Source of the DNA: a virus
Length of the DNA stretch: 64,000 nt
IMG/VR virus record: IMGVR_UViG_3300009826_001457
Coordinates: 10,654-74,653 of that record
Strand: one strand, 5' to 3'
In this document: one piece after another, positions 30,907-40,957 of the stretch
Layout of the letters: every line of letters begins with the position of its first letter
Position numbering within the stretch: the stretch's first letter is position 1
Notes under the pieces: model-generated
What the model was told of the DNA's origin: nothing
Databases searched by the model: none
Seen by the model: the letters and a program-made list of their open reading frames with translations, nothing else
Translations under genes and position numbers: made by a program

Positions 30907-31449
30907 CTAACCGTTTCTGACAACTTCAACACGAACCTTCCGTGTGCGTTGGTCTATCGTCTGTCCAACCCAATATTCATGACCCATATCACGAATATCA
31001 ATAACCCTGGCGGCGAACCCACTAGCGGGAAGAGTTGCGGAAGCTACTGGCTGCGCTTCGCCGTTAGCCAGTCCGATGTATTCATCAACAGCGATAGTGT
31101 TGCCGCCGTCAATGCCATAATCGGCAATAGCAAATTTATCGGTCACATTCAGCCCATAAACACGAAATATCTTGCCGGCAGGAATGTAGTACTTGTCTTC
31201 GTTCTGGTTGATAATACTGGAGCTGTCATAACTCCATGCCGGGTTGCCAACTACATAGATGGGCTCGTTACTGGCAATGCTCGCGGCGGTAGGAAGAACG
31301 GCATGGTAAACCTCTGTTCCTTGTACTTCATCCACCACCGCGCCTTTATGTACTAGCATCCCGTTTTCTAAATTAATATCACTTTTGAAAGAAAAATTTC
31401 TTGCAGTGATAAGGGATGATTCAAAAATACCATATAAACCATTTGCCAT
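30907..31449 (-). CDS. Putative head decoration protein
   Basis: Start at ATG 31449 (MANGLYG) after AGGAGG; lies between the protease/scaffold and capsid genes. Confidence 0.65.
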   Translation of the reverse strand: MANGLYGIFESSLITARNFSFKSDINLENGMLVHKGAVVDEVQGTEVYHAVLPTAASIASNEPIYVVGNPAWSYDSSSIINQNEDKYYIPAGKIFRVYGLNVTDKFAIADYGIDGGNTIAVDEYIGLANGEAQPVASATLPASGFAARVIDIRDMGHEYWVGQTIDQRTRKVRVEVVRNG

Positions 31450-31468
31450 AGTCAAATTACCTCCTAAA

Positions 31469-33082
31469 TCAGTTTGAAAAATATTTGGCCATATCTGCGC
31501 CATAGCGCTCAGCTATAGCACTACCCTCTAATCCGGTACCGTTCGCAACAGGAATTTCAATACCAGAAAAGGATTTCTTACTTCCAGGCTGAGCCTTCAG
31601 CATAAAGTTATAGTGGATTTCTTTAAGGTCTTTCTCCACTTCTTCAACCGTCTTGGCGTACTTGGTTTCCATATCAACGCAGTATTCCAAGTACTCAGAA
31701 AACTTGCCCATTTCATCTCTGCGGGAAGCCACCAGCGCATCAATAATGTCTCGGTGCTTTTGCTCCATGTACTGTTTCTTTTCTCTTTCAAAGATTGCAA
31801 GATGGCCTTCCAACTCAACAATCTTGCTTTGAGCAGTTTCATATTTGCTTGTGACTGATGCAAGCTGGGCCGTTAGATTTGTTATCTCAGCGGTGTTGTG
31901 AATGCCTACGTCATACTCTGAAGCATCTTTTGCAAACATAGCAACTTCATCACCTATACCACTAAAAACAGCCTCCGTTTTTTCAACGGCACCAAGCACC
32001 AGCTCGGCCTTGTTATCAAAATCAAGATTAACAATCAGGCCATCATTTTTGGTTTGTGACGCTACATAAGGAACTTTGAAAGCGGCATACAAAGCTTCTC
32101 GGTCTACAATTGTAATTGTCTTATCTGCTTCATTTATAGCGAGAATGAAATACTTCTCATACGATTTGCCAGTTCTATATCTGAATACATGCTTGGCTAT
32201 CTGCTCCTTAATATTGGCACATACTTCAGAAAATAATATCTCACCCAATTCGACACCCTCCTCTTCAATAGAATTATTTTGTACTGCGTGTGCAGGGGCC
32301 TCGCCGTCAGCAGGCTCTACGGTATTTACACCCTGTCCACCACTGCCAGCATCAGCAGGTTCAGTTGGATCTTGTGGGTCGTTATTTTTTAAAGCAGGAT
32401 TGCTCTCTGCGTTTAATCGTTTGTACTCTTCCATCATTAACTGGAACTCTTTCTTAAATTGGCTTAACTCGTATTGCCTGCCAATCATTGCGGATTCAAA
32501 ACATGGCTCGGCGGTACCAAGGATACATAGCGCACTAAAGGTAAAATCTTCGATTACGAAATAATAATCTTCTTCTCTATAGTAGCCCTCATTAACTTGT
32601 AACTCCATACTCTGTCCGAAGTTATCATCAAGGATGCTGTTACACTCCTCATACCTCGAATTCCAAAGGATACATCTTTCAAGCTTTAGATATTCGTTCT
32701 TGGTATGGCCATCCTTCTCAAGCACCTCTACCCATGTTGCATTTTTATATGCTTCTTCGGTAACAAAACCAAAAGGCTTTGTGGTCTGTTCATACCTGAT
32801 TCCCTGGTCATCTAAAATAATTCTACCGCCATGGCTGCCCCATGTGTTTTTGGTCGGGTCTTCTTCTTTTTGCACCCACTCGCCGACAATAGGTATTCCG
32901 TATATTGTCCATAGGCATTTTTCAAAGATTTCTTTTGAAATGGAACTATGGTTTCGGTTATCTCCGTGGTATGCAACTAAAATCGTACACAGGCTAAACT
33001 CAGGGTTAATTCGTGTGATACTATTTTTGACTACTTCAAACTTAGTACGATAACGAATCTGCTCTAGCTTCTTCTTATCCAA
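31469..33082 (-). CDS. Prohead protease/scaffold protein (YonD-like)
   Basis: N-terminal G.NRN.S.I...IPIVG...QSME...F.FSALCILG..EPCFESA domain followed by an acidic coiled-coil scaffold. Confidence 0.75.
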   Translation of the reverse strand: MDKKKLEQIRYRTKFEVVKNSITRINPEFSLCTILVAYHGDNRNHSSISKEIFEKCLWTIYGIPIVGEWVQKEEDPTKNTWGSHGGRIILDDQGIRYEQTTKPFGFVTEEAYKNATWVEVLEKDGHTKNEYLKLERCILWNSRYEECNSILDDNFGQSMELQVNEGYYREEDYYFVIEDFTFSALCILGTAEPCFESAMIGRQYELSQFKKEFQLMMEEYKRLNAESNPALKNNDPQDPTEPADAGSGGQGVNTVEPADGEAPAHAVQNNSIEEEGVELGEILFSEVCANIKEQIAKHVFRYRTGKSYEKYFILAINEADKTITIVDREALYAAFKVPYVASQTKNDGLIVNLDFDNKAELVLGAVEKTEAVFSGIGDEVAMFAKDASEYDVGIHNTAEITNLTAQLASVTSKYETAQSKIVELEGHLAIFEREKKQYMEQKHRDIIDALVASRRDEMGKFSEYLEYCVDMETKYAKTVEEVEKDLKEIHYNFMLKAQPGSKKSFSGIEIPVANGTGLEGSAIAERYGADMAKYFSN

Positions 33083-33102
33083 GGGATTATCACGCTCCTT
33101 TC

Positions 33103-33312
33103 CTAAAAAGTTAATTTCGTGTCATACACATAATCCTTCTTACTAAACATCATTTTATCGTTTAATAAACTGAATAGTTCATCGGTCACGACAAATTGGT
33201 ACGCTGTCTTACCGTCTATATCTCTTTTTCCGCAGGACAGAAACCCCGCACCTTCAAGCAGTTCAACCTTAGTCATATTTGTTACCAGAATTACTTTCTT
33301 CACTTCTAACAC
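33103..33312 (-). CDS. Small hypothetical phage protein
   Basis: 69-aa ORF with SD, between the portal and protease genes. Confidence 0.6.
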   Translation of the reverse strand: MLEVKKVILVTNMTKVELLEGAGFLSCGKRDIDGKTAYQFVVTDELFSLLNDKMMFSKKDYVYDTKLTF

Positions 33313-33317
33313 TCCTA

Positions 33318-34832
33318 TTATGTAGCCCTGTTATCAGGGTTGTTTGTATCATTGCTCCTGGCCTGTGTCCCTGATTCACTTAGTTCACCAGTGCTTTCCG
33401 GTCTCCCGCCCGATGACTGTGTATGGCTTGAGGGAGGAACTATTAAGTTTTCAAACATGCTTCTATATACAACATTTTCGGTATAGGATTGACCAAGAAG
33501 CATACTGGGGTTATTACCTCTAGCCGCTTCCAGCTCAATTTTATTTATCGCTCCGGCCTGTGAGTGCTTCAGCATATTTTCCTGGACTTCAATTTCATTA
33601 AAGCGCGTCATATGTAGTATTCTGAATACAAACTCATAATAGTCGTATATAAACCCATCACATTTCATCTTTAGATTAATAGAAGATGAGATTTGGTCTA
33701 AGATGACATAGACCTTTGATGCAGCAAATTCAAGCGCCCGTTTCATCTCCGCGGCTGTGTTGCTCCCACCGAATCTGGGAATACCAGTCTCATTATGGTA
33801 GGCATTCAAAGCATCACTTACTATATTGCTATCAACATTGTTGTTCTTCTTTACATCCAGGACTTTTAAATCCATGGGAGTTGGTAATATAGCGTTGTTT
33901 TCAGTAAGAAGGTCTTGAATGCCTACAGCGAATTTTTCAATGATAGGGTCTGTGAACCTGAGATGGTCGTCTTCCTTATCGCTGCTTGGTATAAGCATTT
34001 GAATAAGATTAACCACATCATTTTCCATTTGCGACAAGGCTAATCTTTTCGCTTTCATTAAATCAATAATCAGCAACAAAACATGAGTAAACGGAGGAAA
34101 GATTATATTGGTATGGTCATTGTATTTATAGCAAACCTGCTTTTCAAAAGGGATTAGGGCCAATGCATCTAAGCCGCCTTTTATCTTATACCTTCTTACA
34201 ATGGCAGCGAGTTCAGGAGGTAATATATCTATGTCTCTTTGGCTGATACGAGCGGTGTTTAACAGGTAGGTCCAGTTGCCGTTAGTAGTTTTTCTTAATA
34301 CACACCATGCACTGGGCAAATAGAATATTGTACTGCTATCTTCTTCTTCGACCCAATATCCAAAAACCGCATCTTCGAGAAACATCCTTAAAAGAATCCG
34401 GTGCAGCTCTCGCCCTAAGTCAAGTTGATTCAGCTTAGTCGCGTAGGCCGTATAATCTTTATGGAACGCCAACGGATCCTGTGTATACTGGTCAAAGCCA
34501 TACTTTATTTGAGTATTAACTGTCCAGCGATATAGAATAGGCTTTACATAGAAATCCACCAAGTCACGGAATAGCCCCAAAACCATATAAGCATAGTTGT
34601 TAATATCAATTAGCTGTGATTGAAACCTTACGATATCAGCAAGGTATCTTTCCAAATCATCATCGGTGTAGTTCTTAATCCGATATTCTATTACTGGCTG
34701 CGCCTGCTGAATCCTCGTAAACAATGCACTCAACGCATTCATATGTTTTTGCTGTTCTGTCAACTCTAGCTTGGATTCAGCAGGAACAGGATTCTTTCTT
34801 GGCCTGCCACGCCTTCTTTTTTGATGCACCAA
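33318..34832 (-). CDS. Portal protein
   Basis: 504 aa directly after the terminase; helical SPbeta YonE-like organisation. Confidence 0.75.
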   Translation of the reverse strand: MVHQKRRRGRPRKNPVPAESKLELTEQQKHMNALSALFTRIQQAQPVIEYRIKNYTDDDLERYLADIVRFQSQLIDINNYAYMVLGLFRDLVDFYVKPILYRWTVNTQIKYGFDQYTQDPLAFHKDYTAYATKLNQLDLGRELHRILLRMFLEDAVFGYWVEEEDSSTIFYLPSAWCVLRKTTNGNWTYLLNTARISQRDIDILPPELAAIVRRYKIKGGLDALALIPFEKQVCYKYNDHTNIIFPPFTHVLLLIIDLMKAKRLALSQMENDVVNLIQMLIPSSDKEDDHLRFTDPIIEKFAVGIQDLLTENNAILPTPMDLKVLDVKKNNNVDSNIVSDALNAYHNETGIPRFGGSNTAAEMKRALEFAASKVYVILDQISSSINLKMKCDGFIYDYYEFVFRILHMTRFNEIEVQENMLKHSQAGAINKIELEAARGNNPSMLLGQSYTENVVYRSMFENLIVPPSSHTQSSGGRPESTGELSESGTQARSNDTNNPDNRAT

Positions 34833-34852
34833 TCAAAACCACCTCCTCTTCA

Positions 34853-36637
34853 TTATTTTTTATATGGGCTTGCTTTACGGCCAAGGGATAATATCTTTGC
34901 TGGGTCAAAGGCTTTCTTTGGTTTTTTCAACTCAGCTTCAAGCTGCCTTGAAACCCATATATTATAACTCAAGGAGCTATATCTATCTTTACGCTCACCC
35001 GACTTTTCTTTTACTCTTACAATTCCGTCTTTAGCCTCATAATCAAGCCCTATTAGTTCATTGATAAGCAACCCTGTATGGGTGTACGGCGCAAGGAATT
35101 TCAGCTTGTCCTCTAATGGCAGATTAATGTAGCCTTTAAGCTCACTCAATTCCTCATCTGCTGAATACTCAGATACCAGTAAACGTATTTTTCCTTGCCT
35201 AAATGCTTCTAGCAGACCAAGGGCGCAATCCGAGTTAAACTTGGCTGTTTGATTGTTAATTGCCCAAATGACCTTAGGGGCGTTCGGGACTAAGCACCTT
35301 GCGGCCCATTCGTCATTATTGCGTACATTTAACGCTTCATATGTTTCGCCGGATTCAGAATCATATATATCTTTTTGTATAGCTTCGAGTACACCATGGC
35401 CTACACCTTTGCAGTCGATAACCAAGTCGGTACATTCAAATTCATGAAACAGCCTGCGTGTTAACAGGGCTAACTGCTCTGTAAGAATACCTTCGTGGTT
35501 TTCTGTATAAATAATATTGTTTGTAAATCTGTCACTATGGTTTTGCACCTGTACTAATTGGTTTATGAATATAGATGAGGCATCATTTTTCTTTCCTTTG
35601 CCTGATCCCATTAGCGCTATGTCAAGGGACAGGATTCGCTTTTCATTTTCTAATCGTGGCTGTACCTTGATTCGCTTGTCATTAAGCTTGTTTGCCAGAG
35701 ACGGAGGATATATACCGAATCTAATCTTACGTGATTTAGATATGTTATCGTAGCTATATAAACTTCCGTCACTATCGGAGAACCACATACAGCCCATCTC
35801 AATTTCAAAGGCAAGCTGACTGAAATCCGTTTCTGACATTTCATCTTCAATTTGGTCCCTCATCAAAAGATTCTCTTTTATTGATAGTTGATACGGCAGC
35901 CCACAAACAAAGTACCTACGCTTTTCATTTATTAGATTAGCTGCATATGATTTAAGTTTTTCAAAGCTCCAATGGGACTGGAACCAGGCCGAGCTCAAAT
36001 ACATTTCTTTATTGCGTTCTTGTAGATGAGAATACTCAGGCTTGGTTAAATAATCCGGTTGCCGTGGGGCAGTTAAAAACTTTCTAAGAACTTTATCAAT
36101 AATGTCCTTATCAACTAGCCTGAACTCGTCAACAACTAATATGTTAGCTCTATTACTTCGTGCGTTGTCGTTTGCGGTTATTACAATAATCTTTGAACCA
36201 TTATAAAACTCTATATGCGCCGTGGCTTGGTTAATAACGGTATCCTTTATCTCATTCCGCAGATTCTCCGAATTGGGCATGAGTATCGCCGTTATCTTCT
36301 CAAGTATCTCCGTTGCTTGCTTCCGGGCCTTTGAAGCTAAACATATACGGGTACCTGGATAAAGGATACACCTTACTACACAAAAGATTGCTATTAAAAA
36401 TGATTTACCCTGGCCCCGCGCTGCTATGTACATAAAGTTGGTGCTTATGTTAATCATGAAAAGGAGAATCTTTTGAAACAGCTTTAATTTAATGTCAAGA
36501 TATTCGCTACAGAAGCGATGCGGGTTTGCGCGGAAGTATGCTGTCTTGCGAGCCACAGTCTGCATTATCTTTTCAGACTGTTCTTGTTCAAGGTCTTTGT
36601 CAGTTTTAATTATCTTATTATCCGATACTCTCCTCAC
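34853..36637 (-). CDS. Terminase large subunit
   Basis: Walker A ARGQGKS, Walker B ILVVDEFR, nuclease ILSLDIA...IDCKGVG...KDRYSSLSY. Confidence 0.9.
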   Translation of the reverse strand: MRRVSDNKIIKTDKDLEQEQSEKIMQTVARKTAYFRANPHRFCSEYLDIKLKLFQKILLFMINISTNFMYIAARGQGKSFLIAIFCVVRCILYPGTRICLASKARKQATEILEKITAILMPNSENLRNEIKDTVINQATAHIEFYNGSKIIVITANDNARSNRANILVVDEFRLVDKDIIDKVLRKFLTAPRQPDYLTKPEYSHLQERNKEMYLSSAWFQSHWSFEKLKSYAANLINEKRRYFVCGLPYQLSIKENLLMRDQIEDEMSETDFSQLAFEIEMGCMWFSDSDGSLYSYDNISKSRKIRFGIYPPSLANKLNDKRIKVQPRLENEKRILSLDIALMGSGKGKKNDASSIFINQLVQVQNHSDRFTNNIIYTENHEGILTEQLALLTRRLFHEFECTDLVIDCKGVGHGVLEAIQKDIYDSESGETYEALNVRNNDEWAARCLVPNAPKVIWAINNQTAKFNSDCALGLLEAFRQGKIRLLVSEYSADEELSELKGYINLPLEDKLKFLAPYTHTGLLINELIGLDYEAKDGIVRVKEKSGERKDRYSSLSYNIWVSRQLEAELKKPKKAFDPAKILSLGRKASPYKK

Positions 36638-37682
36638 CGCCTAATATATCGTCTAAGGCATTATCTTTTTTAGATTCCTTCTTCCCGAAGATATCATCAT
36701 ATGACATTTCTTCTTCAGCTTCATACACAGGTTTCTCAACCGTGTACTTAGCAATCTCCGCATCGTATAACTGGCTATACGAATTATTAACACCTAGCAT
36801 CTTACATAGATGTCCTAGAAACCATGTATTTACATATTTTTTAATACCGTCTACATCTTCCCATTCGGGATCGGGGTCCGGCACCGGTTTTTCTTTTTCC
36901 CATTTTTGAATAAGAGTCCCCAATGTGTTCTGGTCAGCTAAAGAATTATCTTTATTTTGTACGGGTTTAATATTTAAAGCCCCGAGGGTATCATTGAAAG
37001 ACTTAATCAACCCGTCAATCTTTTCGCCTTTCTGCGTGGCCTTGGTCATTTGCAGCTCTATCATGCAAAGTTTTTGGAAAAGACTCTCCTGTGCCTGGGT
37101 TTTGCATTCGTGCCGGTTCGTCCATTCTCCATACTTATTATTAAGATAGACATAATCACTTGGCCCAAAGCCCATACCCCAAAAGTCCAAGGTCGCTTGA
37201 TTAATTTCCTCTTCAATTTTTGCAAGGTCTTCTATTGATTCAATTTTGTCATTCAAGCGCTTTGCTTCAGCAAGCTCCTCTAAATATGTGTCGTAGGTTC
37301 TGCCTTTGTATTGAAGCAGGTTTGCCTTTGCTATATAGCCGGCGATACGGCTTTGAGTAGCGGTAATCTTCCTGCTGGCTGAAAGAAGGGACTCGTCAAG
37401 GTATAAGTCAAGATGCAGAGCAAGTCGCCTTATAGCGTCGTCGCTATTGCCCAATCGTTCCGTATATTCCTTCTCGTAATAGTCAAGGCATTTAATACAA
37501 ATGGGGATATACCCCCATCCTTTAAAGAAGGGGGATTGGCTTGCTCTGAAGTTACCTCTTAGCTTTTTGTAGTCCTTTCCGCAGCTTGTACAACAGTAAA
37601 CTTTATCCTCAGTAATCTCTTTCGGTGGCGCTGTTAGGCTTGATTTCTTTGTATGCCTTGGTACTGCGTTCGGCTTTCCCAT
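36618..37682 (-). CDS. Packaging-region protein with N-terminal zinc finger (YonG-like, possible terminase small subunit)
   Basis: Start MGKP at 37682 after GGAG; CTSC...CIKC zinc motifs; overlaps the terL start. Confidence 0.65.
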   Translation of the reverse strand: MGKPNAVPRHTKKSSLTAPPKEITEDKVYCCTSCGKDYKKLRGNFRASQSPFFKGWGYIPICIKCLDYYEKEYTERLGNSDDAIRRLALHLDLYLDESLLSASRKITATQSRIAGYIAKANLLQYKGRTYDTYLEELAEAKRLNDKIESIEDLAKIEEEINQATLDFWGMGFGPSDYVYLNNKYGEWTNRHECKTQAQESLFQKLCMIELQMTKATQKGEKIDGLIKSFNDTLGALNIKPVQNKDNSLADQNTLGTLIQKWEKEKPVPDPDPEWEDVDGIKKYVNTWFLGHLCKMLGVNNSYSQLYDAEIAKYTVEKPVYEAEEEMSYDDIFGKKESKKDNALDDILGGEESIG

Positions 37683-37687
37683 AATAG

Positions 37688-37858
37688 TTACTCCATTAAA
37701 TAATCTAATTCGCTTACTGCTGCGTAAGCCCCGGCACAATGGGGACACGCATAATATTCTTCGTAGGGCGGAGCATCTAAGCCATGTGTTTCTATGTATG
37801 GTTTTAATTCATCATCATGAAATGTTTCTCCACATTCAAAGCAAGCTAATAACATCAT
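37688..37858 (-). CDS. Small zinc-ribbon protein (56 aa, below track cutoff)
   Basis: MMLLACFECGETF...YYACPHCAG, SD AGGGGG; read manually. Confidence 0.65.
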   Translation of the reverse strand: MMLLACFECGETFHDDELKPYIETHGLDAPPYEEYYACPHCAGAYAAVSELDYLME

Positions 37859-38432
37859 GTCCCCCTAATAGTATAATTACGATTTTTTATAATTCGGATA
37901 TCGCTGTCCTAATTGGGATGGGCTTATCGTGAATCTAGGATTTTCACCACGAACCATCCACGGTCACTCTCCAACTGAGTGAAACAACGTGTCAAGCGGT
38001 CTCTTTCATGCCGTCAAAAACCCCTACCAAACCTCGGCATTAGTTGGTTTGTTTATTTTTAGTAGGTATTGGATTAGGGGTTAGAGACTCCTATCCGTCA
38101 TGTGACTATGTAATTGACATACCATTATCTGTATGCTATTTTTATATTACAGTCGGTGCATCCACACCGCCTGCCCTAACAAAGGAGGCCGTTCAACTTA
38201 TGAGCGAATGTACAAATTCCGTGCCGACAGCAAGGCAAATGGAGGGATTTGCGTTTTTCGTTTATAAAATATTGAGACTTAGGGTAGATTTAGGAGATTC
38301 ATTCGGTTTAACTACAACATTTTTGTATGACTCTGTAGTGTAAACAAATCTATATTTTTTGTCATCTTTTCCTGTCCTTGCTCATACTTTGTAAACGATT
38401 GACGTTTGTTCGTCAGACAAAGGAGAGAGGAC

Positions 38433-38822
38433 ATGGATATTCATTATGTCGGAGCAATAGCTTCAATAATGGGCGTTGCCATTGCAGTTCCATCTGTTAT
38501 TTCGCGTATCCGTTCAAGACAAGAGAAGTTAAAACAGGATAGGGCTTATGCTGAAACGGTTGAAATACTGTATCCTATTTTATATAGATATAGAGATATT
38601 TCTGTTCGGACAATTAACCTAAACTACAAAGAAAAATTGCATGATTATGATTTAACTCAAGCTTATTATGCGGTGCATGATTTTTTAGAATCCTTACACT
38701 CTAAGACATCTAGGGCAATTTTAGACCCTCAGCATAGAGAAGACATGTTGCGTGCAATTGAAGAAGTCCAAAAGAGCTTGGAGGATGTACCAATACATCC
38801 TCGTAAATCAAGGGCGGGATAA
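38433..38822 (+). CDS. Membrane-anchored hypothetical protein (antisense moron)
   Basis: Start MDIHYVG after AAGGAGAGAGG; one N-terminal hydrophobic helix followed by basic residues. Confidence 0.7.
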   Translation: MDIHYVGAIASIMGVAIAVPSVISRIRSRQEKLKQDRAYAETVEILYPILYRYRDISVRTINLNYKEKLHDYDLTQAYYAVHDFLESLHSKTSRAILDPQHREDMLRAIEEVQKSLEDVPIHPRKSRAG

Positions 38823-38848
38823 ATACTCCATATGTTGAGAGTATTAAC

Positions 38849-39805
38849 CTATATCTCATACTTATCTTTCTCTTGCTGTATCTTGGTCTTATCTTCCCTT
38901 ATGTAAAACTTCTTTGTTACATCAGTTCCCGAGTGATTCAGCAAGCTACTTACATCTTCAAGAGACATCCCTTTATGTTTTAGTAGCGTAGCCCCGCTAT
39001 GTCTAAAATCATGTGGATGCAGTGTCGGTACGCCTATCATTTGTCCAATCTTCTTGCACCATTGGTTTAGCGTTCCATTGGATACAGCCCCAACACTCTT
39101 TTCAAAGCGGCTATAGAACACCCATCCGTTATCATTTATACCTTGCTTCTCCCGCTGTGCCTTAACTTTCAATAGCAACTTCTTAACCTCTTTGCTGAAG
39201 TAAAGCACTACAACCTTTGCTTCCTTTTCAAGCACCTCATTAATGACACGGGTTTCAAAGTCTATCTGCTCCCAACGAACAGAGCTTACCGCGTTGATTC
39301 TTGCCATGGTTGATAATGAGAACATGGCGTATAAGCATAAATCCAAATCACCATGCTCTTTCAGCTTCGCTCTCATTAGATTAACCTGGTCCTGGGTAAG
39401 AAATGTTTGGGTGATTACATCCACATCTTTCTTGGGCCTATCAATGAACTCCATAGGATGCTCAACTATGACTCGCTTTTTCCGCAGATAATTATAGAAA
39501 GCCGAAATAGTTGACATTCGCCGCTTTATCCTACGGGAATTGTTACCCTGCACCTTGCAGAAATAGAAAAACTCCGTTACTTCCTCCTCGGTCATAACCG
39601 TGATACATTTATTGTCAAAGTTATCGTAGATGTAAATAAGAAAGTGTTCAAAATCATTTTCGTAGGCGGCTATTGTTTTCGCAGACAATTCACGCAATGT
39701 CATATCCATTTTGTATCTGTTCCAAAGCTTCATTGTTTCAGGATTTATTTGCTTTAACTTTGCTTCATTCTTAAACCGTATCTTAGGACTCATCTTGTTC
39801 GGCAT
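38849..39805 (-). CDS. Tyrosine recombinase/integrase-family protein
   Basis: SAM-like N-terminus; MARINAV (catalytic R), LEKEAK, LHPHDFRHSG...LLNHSG.DVT..FY. Confidence 0.9.
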   Translation of the reverse strand: MPNKMSPKIRFKNEAKLKQINPETMKLWNRYKMDMTLRELSAKTIAAYENDFEHFLIYIYDNFDNKCITVMTEEEVTEFFYFCKVQGNNSRRIKRRMSTISAFYNYLRKKRVIVEHPMEFIDRPKKDVDVITQTFLTQDQVNLMRAKLKEHGDLDLCLYAMFSLSTMARINAVSSVRWEQIDFETRVINEVLEKEAKVVVLYFSKEVKKLLLKVKAQREKQGINDNGWVFYSRFEKSVGAVSNGTLNQWCKKIGQMIGVPTLHPHDFRHSGATLLKHKGMSLEDVSSLLNHSGTDVTKKFYIREDKTKIQQEKDKYEI

Positions 39806-39886
39806 AGCATCCCCCCTTATAGTGTCGGAGTCAATATCAAAATTTATATGTTTGCTTTTATAAATGATTTGTTCTTATCATCTCTG

Positions 39887-40468
39887 TCAAATAACCTTTA
39901 GGCCGCAAAACTGCGGATAATGCCCTTTCTGCCAGACACAGTGCATATATTCAATACTGTCGGTGCCGCCCCCACCTGTGAAGCCTAACCGTTTATGATG
40001 AACAAAGGCATACTTCGGCATGTATGTATCCCAAAACTGCTTGCGCTGTTTACTGCCGAAGAAGTTGAGCCTTAAAAGCATAATCACCCATCCTCCATCG
40101 CGGACATCGTTCAATGCTTTTTTAATAACATCCAATGCAATAAAGAACGGAGGGTTTGTTATAACAATGTCTAGCTTTTCATCTGCTCGGTATTCGAGGT
40201 AATTCATTTTTATTTCAGCGAGACTGTCATCTCGGATATCTATTGTTTTAATTTGCCCAACATTAAACTCTTCATTTAAAGCAACGGGGTAACTCATCCC
40301 ATGTCTGCCATCGCCACCGGCACAAGGATCAAGAATGCAGCAACTTGTCCAATCAACATTTTCCGCTGATTCAAATTCTCTAAGAAATAATTTTATGTCA
40401 TCAACAGGGGTTATGTAATAATCCGATATATGCGAACTTCGTGCATTACTTCTATTCGTACTGCTTAT
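39887..40468 (-). CDS. SAM-dependent DNA adenine methyltransferase
   Basis: ILDPCAGG (motif I) and VITNPPF (motif IV). The frame extends 57 codons upstream of the track ATG to an ATA (I/M-SSTNRSNAR...DYYITP). Confidence 0.8.
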   Translation of the reverse strand: MSSTNRSNARSSHISDYYITPVDDIKLFLREFESAENVDWTSCCILDPCAGGDGRHGMSYPVALNEEFNVGQIKTIDIRDDSLAEIKMNYLEYRADEKLDIVITNPPFFIALDVIKKALNDVRDGGWVIMLLRLNFFGSKQRKQFWDTYMPKYAFVHHKRLGFTGGGGTDSIEYMHCVWQKGHYPQFCGLKVI

Positions 40469-40713
40469 TTAATGTCACCGCCTTCGTACCTTCCGTATGA
40501 CTCAAGTTTATCTGCCTTATATTCATAAGCCGATTTACAGCAGTAGGACCCATATACAACTCCATATAAAACACTCGTATACCTAAGCAGCTCCTCATGG
40601 AAGGCCCCATCGGTAAACAACACATATATAACAAGCGCCCATGTCAACGCATAAATAACCGTCACAAAATAAAACACAAACTTTAACAGGGGGCATTTTC
40701 TTTTTCCAGACAT
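40465..40713 (-). CDS. Small two-TM membrane protein (lysis-module candidate)
   Basis: Two hydrophobic segments in 82 aa; adjacent to the holin-like gene. Confidence 0.6.
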   Translation of the reverse strand: MSGKRKCPLLKFVFYFVTVIYALTWALVIYVLFTDGAFHEELLRYTSVLYGVVYGSYCCKSAYEYKADKLESYGRYEGGDIK

Positions 40714-40725
40714 AAAAATATCCCC

Positions 40726-40950
40726 CTAATGATGCCTTGTATCTTTCCTCGGCCCCTTCTTAACGAATCTACGAATCAGTTGATTTGTTATTCCGTGTCC
40801 TATGAAGCCGATAAAGTTTACGAGTGCAACAATAAAATATGAAAGTTCTAACCCGACAATGGTACATAACACATACCAACAGATTAATCCTATCATCATG
40901 AACACGGCACACCCTGCGGCAGACCATATATAAGTTTTATTCTCTCTCAT
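40726..40950 (-). CDS. Small two-TM membrane protein (lysis-module candidate)
   Basis: Two hydrophobic segments and a basic C-terminus. Confidence 0.6.
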   Translation of the reverse strand: MRENKTYIWSAAGCAVFMMIGLICWYVLCTIVGLELSYFIVALVNFIGFIGHGITNQLIRRFVKKGPRKDTRHH

Positions 40951-40957
40951 TGTTTTT

